Notes: generated by a model not told the origin, from the letters alone. A DNA stretch of 32,000 nt from Xanthomonas campestris pv. campestris str. ATCC 33913 (GCF_000007145.1 NC_003902.1:3746497-3778496); one strand, 5' to 3'. Positions 1 to 9,283 are shown, counted from the stretch's first letter. A program made the numbers and translations.

Positions 1-2730
1 CTTCGTCCACAACTGCGCGTTGAACCCTTCGAAGATGGCGCGGTAGGTTTCGTAATTGAGCAGCTGCGCCTTGCGTTCGAAATCGTCCAGACTGGTTGGT
101 GCGCCAAGCTTGTCGCTGAGTGAGCGCATGAAGCTGGCGGTATCGCCGTTGCCGGACTGATGCCAGTCGTGATACGCCCAGCTGTCACTGATCGGCCATT
201 GATCCTGCACCGCAGGTACCGACGCCTTGAAGGACTCCAGGGTGGAGAACGACGGTGTACCCACTTCCACCGAGAAGCCCTGTGCCAGCTTGTTGAAGTA
301 CGCCACCGGCTCGCGATAGTTGTACGGGCCGCTGCCTTGCAGATTCACTTCGTTGGAACTGGCGGTGTACCAGCGTGTGCCATCGAGCGCGGCGACCAGC
401 GCGTCCAGGCCCTCGTTGAGGATCGGCGCGGGAACGCCTTCGTTGCGGCCGAACCACAGCACAATCGAAGGGTGGTTGCGGAAGCGCGTGATGACCTCGG
501 CGGCATTGGCCAGGAACAGCGCCGCGTCGGCCGGCTCCATGTTGTAGTTCTGCGTGGATTGCCAGAAGTCGTTCAACACCAACATGCCGTATTCGTCGGC
601 CAGGTCGAAGAAGCTCGCTCCGGTGTTCTGCCCCACCCAATTGCGCACCACGTTGAAGTGCGCATCGCGCTGCAGGCGGAAGTACGGCTCCAGGCGCTCG
701 CGTGAGACGCGCTTGCGCCAATCGTCCATACCCCAATTACCGCCCTTGATCGCAATCCGCACACCGTTGATGCGCAGCACCAGATGCGGGGCCAACGTAC
801 TGTCATCCAGCTGCGTCACCGCTGGCGACGCGAGTGCGCCGGGATACAGCGATTGCGCATTGCCACCGGGCACCGGGCGAATGGCGGCGTGCCGCACATC
901 GACGATGCGCTCGCCACGCTGCCGGGCCTGATTGAGATCCACCAGCACACGACGCAGTGCGCCACGTTCGTCGAACAACGACAGCTCGTAAGTGACCTCG
1001 CGAATACCGAACCGCAGTTGCTGCAGATCCGACTGCACACCGCCCGCTGCGACACCGACCTGCAAGGTGTACAGCGAGGGCTCGCCATACCCATTCGGCC
1101 ACCACAGCCGTGGATTGGTCACCACCAGCTCCGGCGTGTCGGCGGCAGTGAGTGTGAGCGTGGTGCCGCCCGCAGGCACGTTGACCTCACGCTGGATACG
1201 CACATCACCGAAGGCAAGCTGCACTGTGCCCTGCACCGCAGTGCCGCTGGTGTTGCGCAATGGCACGGCAATTTCCAGCTCGGCGCGGCGATGGCCGGGC
1301 GCCAGTTTGGCGGTGACCACGTGCGTGTCGCCGACCGCGAGCGGGCCGGTGGCATGCAGCTGTACATCCTGCCAGAGCCCGGCATTACGGTCGCGCACCG
1401 CCGGGATCCAGTCCCAGCCTTCGCTGGCAATGAAGGTGGGCCCATCCAGTGCCTGCATGCCACCGTTCTCGCCAACGCCGGCGGTCATCGACTGCTCGTG
1501 CGCAATGCCCGGATGCGGCGGCGGCGAAACACGCACGGCAATCGCATTGCGGCCGGGCGTGAGGTAGCTGCTGACATCGAACCGCCCACGCGCGAATGCG
1601 CCACGCGTACGCCCCACCTGCACGCCGTTGACCCAGATCTCGCCGGCGTAATTGATGCCGTTGAACACCAGTTCCAGGCGCTTGCCCTGTGTGCTGGCAG
1701 GCAGCTCAAAGGTGCTGCGGTACCACCAGTCCTGGCGGCTCAGCGATTCGGGAATGGCCATGTTGTTGAGGCCGATATCCGGATCTGGATACACACCGCG
1801 ATCGACCAGCGTGGTGAGTACCGTGCCCGGCACGGTGGCCACATGCCATGCGCTACTGGAAGGTGCAGCGCCACGCGACAGCTCGGCACCACCACGCGTG
1901 CCGAGGTCAGGCGCAGCGGCCAGCTGCCAGCCGCCCACGCGCCATGACAGCGCATCCAGCGGCTGCAATGCGGGCGCATTGGTGACGGGCTTGGCCACCG
2001 GTGCGGAGAACGGTGCGGCGCTGCGTGGCAGCGTGGCGGCCGGTTGCGGTTCGAGCTGCCCAGCCATCTGTTTGGTCTGCACGCGCCAGCCTGGCGACGC
2101 ATCTTCGAAGCGCTGCAATATTTCATTCGGCGCGTGCCGTGCCTGCTGCGCAATAGCTGCTGCATCGAGCGCACCGGCGCGCGCAGTGAAATTGGCGATG
2201 TCGCCACCGAAGTGCAGCGACGCGGCATCGGCCGGCACACGTGGGCCAAAGACCAGCGCCGGCGCCACCGCACGTGACACGCGCGTGCCACTGGCCACCT
2301 GGCGTCCATTGGCATACAGCGTCAGCCGTGCACCTTGCGCCACCGCTGCAATCTGCGTCCACGTAGCTACCGGCAGCGCCTGTTTGCTGCGCAGCACGCT
2401 ATCGCCTTGGGCAAAACCAAGACGGCCGTTGTCGATCACGAAGAAGCGCCCGTCGCCGCGCGCATCACCTAGACCTGCAATGCGCACGGTACCGGGCACG
2501 TCCATGGCAGGACGCACCCAACCGGACACACTCCAGTCTGCGTCGGCCGCCAGCATCGGTGCATCAGCGGCCAGCGTCTTGCTCAAGCCAACGCCGCCTG
2601 CGAGCACGCGCACGTCATAAGGACCGGGCGGATCGACCTTGGCGGGTGCAGCCTCCACTGCAGTCCAGCCCACGCAACCACACAACAGCCACAGCGCTCC
2701 ACGGCGGAACGCCTTGCGAACCATCAGCAT
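1..2730 (-). CDS. Glycoside hydrolase family 2 protein (beta-mannosidase / exo-beta-D-glucosaminidase-like) with signal peptide and an N-terminal LamG/ConA-like module. The C-terminus lies beyond the left window edge.
   Basis: Absent from the supplied ORF track, which has no minus ORF in this frame because no stop falls in the window. My own translation of the minus frame from ATG 2728-2730 (alternative ATG 2722-2724) is open for all 910 codons down to position 1. It starts MLMVRKAFRRGALWLLCGCVGWTAVEA (signal-like). It contains AWHVATVPGTVLTTLVDRGVYPDPDIGLNNMAIPESLSRQDWWYRSTFELP, FNGINYAGEIWVNG, INGVRIAIKGGNWGMDDW, VRNWVGQNT, ADEYGMLVLNDFW and VLWFGRNEG, which are typical GH2 sugar-binding and TIM-barrel blocks. 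Confidence 0.85.
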   Translation of the reverse strand, partial: MLMVRKAFRRGALWLLCGCVGWTAVEAAPAKVDPPGPYDVRVLAGGVGLSKTLAADAPMLAADADWSVSGWVRPAMDVPGTVRIAGLGDARGDGRFFVIDNGRLGFAQGDSVLRSKQALPVATWTQIAAVAQGARLTLYANGRQVASGTRVSRAVAPALVFGPRVPADAASLHFGGDIANFTARAGALDAAAIAQQARHAPNEILQRFEDASPGWRVQTKQMAGQLEPQPAATLPRSAAPFSAPVAKPVTNAPALQPLDALSWRVGGWQLAAAPDLGTRGGAELSRGAAPSSSAWHVATVPGTVLTTLVDRGVYPDPDIGLNNMAIPESLSRQDWWYRSTFELPASTQGKRLELVFNGINYAGEIWVNGVQVGRTRGAFARGRFDVSSYLTPGRNAIAVRVSPPPHPGIAHEQSMTAGVGENGGMQALDGPTFIASEGWDWIPAVRDRNAGLWQDVQLHATGPLAVGDTHVVTAKLAPGHRRAELEIAVPLRNTSGTAVQGTVQLAFGDVRIQREVNVPAGGTTLTLTAADTPELVVTNPRLWWPNGYGEPSLYTLQVGVAAGGVQSDLQQLRFGIREVTYELSLFDERGALRRVLVDLNQARQRGERIVDVRHAAIRPVPGGNAQSLYPGALASPAVTQLDDSTLAPHLVLRINGVRIAIKGGNWGMDDWRKRVSRERLEPYFRLQRDAHFNVVRNWVGQNTGASFFDLADEYGMLVLNDFWQSTQNYNMEPADAALFLANAAEVITRFRNHPSIVLWFGRNEGVPAPILNEGLDALVAALDGTRWYTASSNEVNLQGSGPYNYREPVAYFNKLAQGFSVEVGTPSFSTLESFKASVPAVQDQWPISDSWAYHDWHQSGNGDTASFMRSLSDKLGAPTSLDDFERKAQLLNYETYRAIFEGFNAQLWTK

Positions 2731-2828
2731 TAGAGGCCTCTCCCAAGCTCTACTGCCAAGCAACGGTGAACATCGCTGACGCGATGTTGCCCGTAACTGC
2801 CGCCCCTGTTTTGGTTGCCACGGTGCGA

Positions 2829-2840
2829 GGTAACGTTACC
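2829..2840. promoter_or_regulatory. Perfect 12-bp palindrome GGTAACGTTACC in the divergent GH2/GH97 promoter region; candidate LacI-family-type operator.
   Basis: Read directly at 2829-2840. It has a central CG and AACGTT core, like LacI/GalR-family operators. It lies 63 bp upstream of the GH97 ATG and about 100 bp upstream of the GH2 ATG. No regulator gene is in the window. Confidence 0.35.
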
Positions 2841-2902
2841 CCAGGAGGATATCGACAACAACCGTTCTGCGTTAGGGTTGGCGCACCCAGGAGGAGGGAA
2901 TC

Positions 2903-4867
2903 ATGCGAAACCTGATCCAGTCCGCATTACCGGCAGCGGCGCTGCTGCTGTCTTTGAGCGTTATTCCTGCTGTTGCGCAGCCATTGCGCGTGCAATCACC
3001 CACTGCACGCACGCAAGTGGAGTTCACGCTGAGCGAGGGCGGCGTTCCCACCTATCGCGTGCTGTATCGCAACAAAGTAGTGCTCGACGATGCACCGCTT
3101 GGACTGGATCTCGGCCGCAACAACAAGCTCGGCCACGGCATGACCGTGCAGGGCAGCAGCAGCGAAGATCACGACAGCCGCGTGACGCTGACGGTGGGAA
3201 AAACCCGCCAGGCACGCGACCACTATCGGCAGCTGCGTGTGCAGTTGGTCGACGCCGCACAACACCGGCTTGAGATCGAACTACGCGCCTACGATGACGG
3301 TGTCGCACTGCGTTATGTGCTGCCCAAGGCGGGCAAGCTCGAGATCCGCAACGAACTCACCAGCTTCGCGTTTCCACGCGATTACCCGTGCTGGACCTTG
3401 AACCTGGGCCGCTTCGGCACCAGCCACGAGGGCGAATACGACGCCATTGCCGCGTCGAAACTGCGCCCGCACAACCTGCTCGAACTGCCACTGGTGTGCC
3501 AGACCGATGCACAGGGCACGACACTGGCGATTGGCGAGGCCAATCTGCGCGATTACGCCGGCTTGTATCTCACCGGCCGTGCCGATGGCGGGCTGGGCGT
3601 GTCGGCAAAGCTGTCGCCACGGCTGGATCAACCCGCGCTGGCGGTGAGCATCGATGCGCAGGGCCGCGACTTCGCCACACCGTGGCGCGTGATCATGCTC
3701 GGCGACACGCCGGCATCGCTGATCGACTCCAATCTGATCACGCTATTGAATCCGCCACCTGCCTTCGATGCCAGTTGGGTGCGCCCCGGTAAATCGGCGT
3801 GGGATTGGTGGTCGGGCAGCCTGGCCAGTGGCGTTGCGCAGCCGGGCATGAATACCGCCACCATCCAGCGCTATATCGACCACGCGCATCAGTTGAAGCT
3901 GGAGTACATGCTGATCGATGACGGCTGGTATCACGGCAGTACCGGCGATGGGCAATACAACAGCGATGCGGACATTCGCCGCCCGGTGGAACAACTCGAC
4001 CTGCCCGGCCTGGTGACGTATGGGCGCCAACGTGGTGTCGGCCTGTGGCTATGGGCGCATTGGCGCGCACTGGATGCGCACATGGACGAGGCGCTTGCGT
4101 GGTATCAGCAACTCGGCATCAAAGGCATCAAGGTCGACTTCATGGACCGCGACGACCAGCAGATGGTGGACTTCTACCACCGCCTGCTCGCCAAGGCCGC
4201 CGAACACAAACTGCTGGTGGATCTGCATGGTGCCTACCACCCCACCGGCCTCATCCGCACCTATCCCAACTACCTTACGCAGGAAGGCGTGCTCGGTGCC
4301 GAGTACAACAAGTGGACCACGCGCATCACCGCCACCCACAACCTCACCCTGCCCTTCACCCGCATGTTGCTCGGGCCGATGGACTACACCCCTGGCGGCT
4401 TCCGCAACGTGCGCCCGGCCGCGTTCAAGCCGCAGCACATCGCGCCACAGGTGATGACCACGCGCGCGCAGCAGCTGGCGATGTATGTGGTGTACGAGAG
4501 TCCGTTTGCGGTGGTGTCCGACAGCCCCGAGCAATACGAAAACGTGCCCGCAGCGCAATTTCTGCGCGATGTGCCTGCCAGCTGGGACGAAACCCGCGCG
4601 ATCGAAGGCGCGATTGGCGAGCACATCGTGCTGGCGCGCCGCAGCGGCAAGGACTGGTATGTGGGTGCGATGACCAACGAACAGGCGCGCACGCTGCAAG
4701 TGCCGTTGACGTTCCTGGACAAGGGCACCTGGACAGCGACGATCTATGCCGATGGCGCAGCGCCCACCGAGGTGAACATCGAAACACGCAAGCTGACTCG
4801 CAATGACACATTACAGCTACAGCTGGCGGCAAGCGGCGGCGCGGCGATCCGGCTGCACAAGAAGTAG
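2903..4867 (+). CDS. Glycoside hydrolase family 97 (SusB-like alpha-glucosidase/alpha-galactosidase), secreted.
   Basis: Track ORF of 654 aa. Strong SD AGGAGGAGGG ends 4 nt before the ATG. Signal peptide MRNLIQSALPAAALLLSLSVIPAVAQP. Motifs: LRAYDDGVALRY, GTSHEGEYD, SAWDWW, LEYMLIDDGW, IKGIKVDFMDRDDQQMV, DLHGAYHPTG, LTQEGVLGAEYNKW. Confidence 0.9.
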   Translation: MRNLIQSALPAAALLLSLSVIPAVAQPLRVQSPTARTQVEFTLSEGGVPTYRVLYRNKVVLDDAPLGLDLGRNNKLGHGMTVQGSSSEDHDSRVTLTVGKTRQARDHYRQLRVQLVDAAQHRLEIELRAYDDGVALRYVLPKAGKLEIRNELTSFAFPRDYPCWTLNLGRFGTSHEGEYDAIAASKLRPHNLLELPLVCQTDAQGTTLAIGEANLRDYAGLYLTGRADGGLGVSAKLSPRLDQPALAVSIDAQGRDFATPWRVIMLGDTPASLIDSNLITLLNPPPAFDASWVRPGKSAWDWWSGSLASGVAQPGMNTATIQRYIDHAHQLKLEYMLIDDGWYHGSTGDGQYNSDADIRRPVEQLDLPGLVTYGRQRGVGLWLWAHWRALDAHMDEALAWYQQLGIKGIKVDFMDRDDQQMVDFYHRLLAKAAEHKLLVDLHGAYHPTGLIRTYPNYLTQEGVLGAEYNKWTTRITATHNLTLPFTRMLLGPMDYTPGGFRNVRPAAFKPQHIAPQVMTTRAQQLAMYVVYESPFAVVSDSPEQYENVPAAQFLRDVPASWDETRAIEGAIGEHIVLARRSGKDWYVGAMTNEQARTLQVPLTFLDKGTWTATIYADGAAPTEVNIETRKLTRNDTLQLQLAASGGAAIRLHKK

Positions 4868-5243
4868 TCGTGCCGCGGCACTATCGTGAACCAGGCACGT
4901 GTGCGCACTTCGCCACGTGCACGCTGGCGCGCGCCGGCATTGCGGCCGCATTGCTGTCGCGCTGATTTCGGCCGCGAGGGATTGCGACGCGGCCGTGTCA
5001 GCTACGAGCGAAATTTTCTCAGTGCAACGGACGCTGACAAGCGTTGTAGCGGTGTATTGGCCTCGGCGCCGATGCAAGCTTACGAACACCGCATCGGGAC
5101 ACGTGGGCACTGATCGCTGTTTGCGACCATGCGAAAAACGCGGTGGCATCGTTGCTTCCGCACGTTGCAGAACACGATGGCTCGTCTTGTTCCACATGCA
5201 GCTTGCCGTCATGGCTGGCTGCAGCCTCACCCGCACAACCGCA

Positions 5244-5272
5244 CATCACCGCCCGCAGCGCAGGCGGTGATG
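5244..5272 (-). terminator. Hairpin CATCACCGCC-N9-GGCGGTGATG just downstream of the esterase stop; candidate terminator without a U-tract.
   Basis: Perfect 10-bp inverted repeat read at 5244-5253 and 5263-5272. It lies 7 nt downstream of the esterase stop codon (5280-5282) on the minus strand. No T-run follows. Confidence 0.4.
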
Positions 5273-5279
5273 CGACCGA

Positions 5280-6788
5280 TTACGGCAGATTGATCCCGTC
5301 ACACGTTGCCGGGCGTGCGTCCTTGATGGGCTGCACGCCGCTGGCATCGAAGCGCAGCGCCGCATGTGTCGGCGCGAACGCCGGCCAGGCCGGCAAGCCG
5401 GTCGCGTTGGGATTGCCACCCTGCACGAACGCTGCCCAATAACGCTGCAGGTTCACCGGCGGCGTACCGATCGGCAGGCCCTTGAACAGGAATGGCAACT
5501 CGGCACTATGGGTCACCTGGCCACCGGGTGCGGCGGTATCGAACACGTAATGCCACACCGGCGCGCCGAGTGCTGCCTGCCGCTGCGCGACGGTGACCGC
5601 AGGGCAGCGGAAGGTGAGATCGGTAGACAGCTGCACGGCGGGGCTGCCTTCGCGCGCGGTGCGCTTTGCCTGCGCACGTTGCTGCCGTTGCAGCACGGCG
5701 TGGGCCTGCGCCGGGTAGTCGCGGCGTACACGTGCCTGCGCGCCCTGCTCGCCGCCATAGGTGAGCTCCTGCACCACATACCCGATCAGCAGCGGCACCT
5801 TGGCCTGTTTGCCATCGGCCAGCAGCGCCGCTGGCGCACGCGGCAACACGCGCCCGTCCACCACCGCCTGCAACCAGAGATAGCCATCGTCATCCAGCGC
5901 GGGCACGTCCACACCTTGCGCGGCCTGGATCACACGCTCGGCCGGCAGCGCACGCAGCTGTGCCAGCCGCGTCGCTGCATCGTCGATACCGGCACGTGCG
6001 GCGATGCTGACACCCAGTGCGCGGTTGTCTTGCAGCGACCGCGCCGGCAAGCCAAAGCCGGCGGTGCCGCTCTGTTCGATCGCCGCGGAAAACAGGCCGC
6101 GTGCCAACGGGCTGAGCATCAGCAGGCCCACGTCCTGGCCGCCGGCCGATTGCCCGGCGATGGTCACACGCGCCGGGTCGCCACCGAACTGGGCGATGTT
6201 GTCGCGCACCCACTGCAACGCGGCGATCTGGTCGAGCAAGGCGTAATTGCCGGCGGCAGCATTGTCGCCATCGCGCAATTCCGGCAGCGACAGAAAACCG
6301 AACGCACCCAGGCGATATTGCAGCGTCACCACCAGCATGTCCTGCGCCACCAGGTTGGTCGGCAGATGCCCATCGGCGCCACCGGCCACATTGGCGCCGC
6401 CATGGATCCACACGAACACCGGCAGCGGTTTGGCTGGCTGCAACGCGGGCGTCTGCACCTCTACATACAGGCAGTCTTCGGTGCCGCGCTTGGCCATGGC
6501 GTTGTTCCAGCCCAGTGCAGGCTGCACGCACGGGGTGGCGGCGACTGTGGCATCGCGCACCTCTGTCCAGGCCGGTGCCGGTTGCGGCGGCCGCCAGCGC
6601 AGCGCACCCAACGGCGGGGCGGCAAACGGAATCGCGCGGAACACCGCGCTGCCATCGTCCTGCCATTGGCCGCGCACCGGGCCGTGGTCGGTCTGCACCT
6701 GCGGCGGCGCGACCGGCGAGAGGGCAGCGGCGTTGCCGGCAACGGCCAACGCGCAACTTGCGGCAAACATCCAGACACGCGTGCGCAT
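5280..6788 (-). CDS. Secreted type-B carboxylesterase/lipase (para-nitrobenzyl-esterase-like).
   Basis: Track ORF of 502 aa. Signal peptide MRTRVWMFAASCALAVAGNAAA. Oxyanion-region block PVFVWIHGGANVAGG and nucleophile elbow GGDPARVTIAGQSAGG (G-x-S-x-G). SD AGGAG lies 8 nt upstream, inside the 3' end of the preceding gene. Confidence 0.85.
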   Translation of the reverse strand: MRTRVWMFAASCALAVAGNAAALSPVAPPQVQTDHGPVRGQWQDDGSAVFRAIPFAAPPLGALRWRPPQPAPAWTEVRDATVAATPCVQPALGWNNAMAKRGTEDCLYVEVQTPALQPAKPLPVFVWIHGGANVAGGADGHLPTNLVAQDMLVVTLQYRLGAFGFLSLPELRDGDNAAAGNYALLDQIAALQWVRDNIAQFGGDPARVTIAGQSAGGQDVGLLMLSPLARGLFSAAIEQSGTAGFGLPARSLQDNRALGVSIAARAGIDDAATRLAQLRALPAERVIQAAQGVDVPALDDDGYLWLQAVVDGRVLPRAPAALLADGKQAKVPLLIGYVVQELTYGGEQGAQARVRRDYPAQAHAVLQRQQRAQAKRTAREGSPAVQLSTDLTFRCPAVTVAQRQAALGAPVWHYVFDTAAPGGQVTHSAELPFLFKGLPIGTPPVNLQRYWAAFVQGGNPNATGLPAWPAFAPTHAALRFDASGVQPIKDARPATCDGINLP

Positions 6789-6790
6789 GC

Positions 6791-7693
6791 TTACGCTCCT
6801 GTCAGCGCGCGTGCGCGCCAGGCGGCTTGGAAGACAGCGGTGGCGGAGGCCACGTTGAGGCTTTCCACCAGGCCGCTGCCGTGGATGGATAACTGCAGAT
6901 CGCAGGCGCTGGCGAACTGCCGGTCCATGCCTTCGCTTTCCGCCCCCATCACGTAGACGAGGCGCTGCGGCAACGCGGTGGCAAACACATCCTGCCCGCC
7001 GTCCACCAGCGTGGCGGCCACCGCAAAGCCGGCCTGCCGCAGCTGCGCCATCGCCTGCGCGTTGTCGGGAAGCTGCACCAGCGGCACCGCTTCAGCGCCG
7101 CCCTCGGCCACGCGCGCGGCGGCACCGGACAACCCCAGCGTGGAGCCGGCCGGCAACAACAGGCCGGCCACACCGAAGTGCGCCGACGAGCGCAGGATGG
7201 CGCCGAAGTTGTGCGGGTTGCCCACCCCATCCAGCCACAGCGCCAGCACCGGGCCTTGCGGCAAGGCCGCCAGCCAGTCCTGCAGCGGCTGCGGCGGCAC
7301 CCGCAACACCTCGGCCACGATGCCTTCGTGATGCGTGCTGGACGCCAGCTTGGTGAGGTCGGCCTCTTCCACCACGCGGTAGCCCAGGCGCTGCGCCACG
7401 CACCAGGCCAGCAAGGCCTTGAACTGCGGGATACGCGCTTCGGTCAGGTAGATCTTGCGCAGCGCCTGCGGGCGCGCCTTGAACACCGCCTGGATCGCAT
7501 TGATGCCGTACAGCCGCAGCTCGCGCGCATTGTTGGCGCTGGCCGCGGCCGGCGCCGCAGCGCTGGTGCGTGGCGCCGGTGCAGACGGCGCGGGTGCGCG
7601 TGGCGCCGCACGGCCCCACGGATTGAGCGGCGCTGCGCCGCTGCCGGCGGTGTCGCGCGGCGGCCGTGCGCCACGCCCATCATGCTGTTTCAT
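6791..7693 (-). CDS. SpoU/TrmH-family (RlmB-like) RNA 2'-O-methyltransferase with a Pro/Ala-rich N-terminal extension.
   Basis: In frame with track ORF 6791..7876. Start taken at ATG 7693 because it forms an ATGA overlap with the symporter stop (7690-7692). Motifs: LYGINAIQAV (substrate-binding domain), LDGVGNPHNFGAILRS, VMGAESEGM, ESLNVASATAV (SPOUT knot). Residues 1-58 are low complexity, so the true start is uncertain. Confidence 0.8.
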   Translation of the reverse strand: MKQHDGRGARPPRDTAGSGAAPLNPWGRAAPRAPAPSAPAPRTSAAAPAAASANNARELRLYGINAIQAVFKARPQALRKIYLTEARIPQFKALLAWCVAQRLGYRVVEEADLTKLASSTHHEGIVAEVLRVPPQPLQDWLAALPQGPVLALWLDGVGNPHNFGAILRSSAHFGVAGLLLPAGSTLGLSGAAARVAEGGAEAVPLVQLPDNAQAMAQLRQAGFAVAATLVDGGQDVFATALPQRLVYVMGAESEGMDRQFASACDLQLSIHGSGLVESLNVASATAVFQAAWRARALTGA

Positions 7694-9183
7694 CGTTGTG
7701 TCCAGAAATCCGCGTTCTTGATGCCGAGCGAGACAGGATCGAACACGGGATCCAGCCCCTGGCGTTTCTGCCGTTCGTAATCCTTCAAGGCCAGCATCGC
7801 CGGCTTGTGCAGGATCAGGATGGCGATGATGTTGAGCCAGGCCATGACGCCGACGCCGATGTCGCCCAGCGCCCATGCCAGCTGCGCATTATGAAACGCG
7901 CCGAAGATCACCATGCCCAGGATGCCCAGGCGCAGCAGCAGCACGGTGAGCGGACGCCGGCGGTTGCCGTTGATGTAGCTCAGATTGGTTTCGGCCATGT
8001 AGTAATAGGCCATGATCGTCGTGAAGGCGAAGAAGAACAGCGCGATCGCCACGAAGCCCGCACCCCAGCCCGGCAGCACCGATTCCACCGCGGCCTGCGC
8101 ATAGCCCGGGCCCTCTTCCACGCCGACCAGGCCCGCATACAGCCCCGGCTTGGCGCCATCGGGCGAATACACGTTGTACTTGCCGGTGGTGAGGATCAGG
8201 AAGGCGGTGGCGGTGCACACCATCATGGTGTCGAAGTAGATCGCAAACGCCTGTACGTAGCCCTGCTTGGCCGGGTGCGAGACCTCGGCCGCGGCGGCGG
8301 CGTGCGGGCCGGTGCCCTGCCCGGCTTCGTTGGCGTAGATGCCGCGCTTGACGCCCCATTCCACCGCCAGGCCCAGCAACGCACCGAACGCGGCATGGCT
8401 GCCGAAGGCGCTGCTGAAGATGGTGGCAAACATGTCCGGCACGCGTTCGGCGTTGAGCACCATGATGACCAGCGCCATCAGGATGTAGCCCATGGCCATG
8501 AACGGCACCACGACCTCGGCGAAGTTGGCGATGCGCTTGACGCCGCCGAAGATGATCACCGCCAGCATGCAGGCCACCAGGATGCCGATGCCCAGCTTGG
8601 CGGCATCGCGCATCGGCAGGCCCATCCACTGCCCATCCATCGCGCCGCACAGGCTGGTGCCGCGGCAGGCGTTGATGGCGCTATCGGCGATGGCATTGGC
8701 CTGCACGCCGGGCATCAAAAAGCCGGTGGCGATGATGGTGGCCACTGCGAAGGTGAGCGCGTACCACTTCAGGCCCATGGCCTTTTCGATGTAGTAGGCC
8801 GGGCCACCGCGATAGCGGCCATCGGCATCCTTGATCTTGTAGATCTGCGCCAGCGTCGATTCCACATACGAGGTGGATGCGCCCAGAAAGCCCATCACCC
8901 ACATCCAGAAGATCGCGCCCGGCCCGCCGAAGGCGATGGCGGTGGCCACGCCGGCAATATTGCCAATGCCAATGCGCCCGGCCATCGACATCGCCAGGGC
9001 CTGGAACGACGACACGCCGGCATCGGATTTCTGCCCGCCCACGGTGAGGCGGACCATTTCCACGAATCCGCGCACCTGCATGAAGCGGGTGCGGATGGTG
9101 AAGTACACGCCGGCGCCCAGACACATGAAGATCAGTGCCTTGCTCCAGACGATACCGTTGATGCCATTGATGAGTGCTTCCAC
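7690..9183 (-). CDS. Alanine/glycine:cation (Na+) symporter, AGCS family.
   Basis: Track ORF 7690..9432 trimmed to GTG 9183, which is preceded by GGGGAGA 4 nt upstream. It then begins VEALINGINGIVWSKALIFMCLGAGVYFT, a typical AGCS N-terminus. It has many TM segments plus GPGAIFWMW and ANEAGQGTGPHAAAAAEV. The 83 upstream codons in the track are Arg/Pro-rich and non-protein-like. Confidence 0.85.
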   Translation of the reverse strand: MEALINGINGIVWSKALIFMCLGAGVYFTIRTRFMQVRGFVEMVRLTVGGQKSDAGVSSFQALAMSMAGRIGIGNIAGVATAIAFGGPGAIFWMWVMGFLGASTSYVESTLAQIYKIKDADGRYRGGPAYYIEKAMGLKWYALTFAVATIIATGFLMPGVQANAIADSAINACRGTSLCGAMDGQWMGLPMRDAAKLGIGILVACMLAVIIFGGVKRIANFAEVVVPFMAMGYILMALVIMVLNAERVPDMFATIFSSAFGSHAAFGALLGLAVEWGVKRGIYANEAGQGTGPHAAAAAEVSHPAKQGYVQAFAIYFDTMMVCTATAFLILTTGKYNVYSPDGAKPGLYAGLVGVEEGPGYAQAAVESVLPGWGAGFVAIALFFFAFTTIMAYYYMAETNLSYINGNRRRPLTVLLLRLGILGMVIFGAFHNAQLAWALGDIGVGVMAWLNIIAILILHKPAMLALKDYERQKRQGLDPVFDPVSLGIKNADFWTQR

Positions 9184-9283
9184 GCAATCTCCCCGACGCG
9201 CCGACCGTTGACCCCAGCGAGGTGGGGAGTGCCCCGATTCTGGCCGAAAGCGCTGCACGATGCGACGTGCACGCGCCACAGGC

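Noticed and set aside
4870-4881. Palindrome GTGCCGCGGCAC immediately after the GH97 stop, considered as a terminator.
   Set aside because: It would form at most a 4-bp stem with a 4-nt loop and has no U-tract. That is too weak to call.
9223-9240. TGGGGAGTGCCCCGATTC in the GNAT-symporter spacer resembles a G-rich arm end (GGGGAGTG) fused to a C-rich arm unit (CCCGATTC). It could be a degenerate or excised third copy of the element.
   Set aside because: It is only about 17 nt, with no second arm or centre. The match is within what G/C-rich sequence gives by chance, and that cannot be assessed without genome-wide copies.
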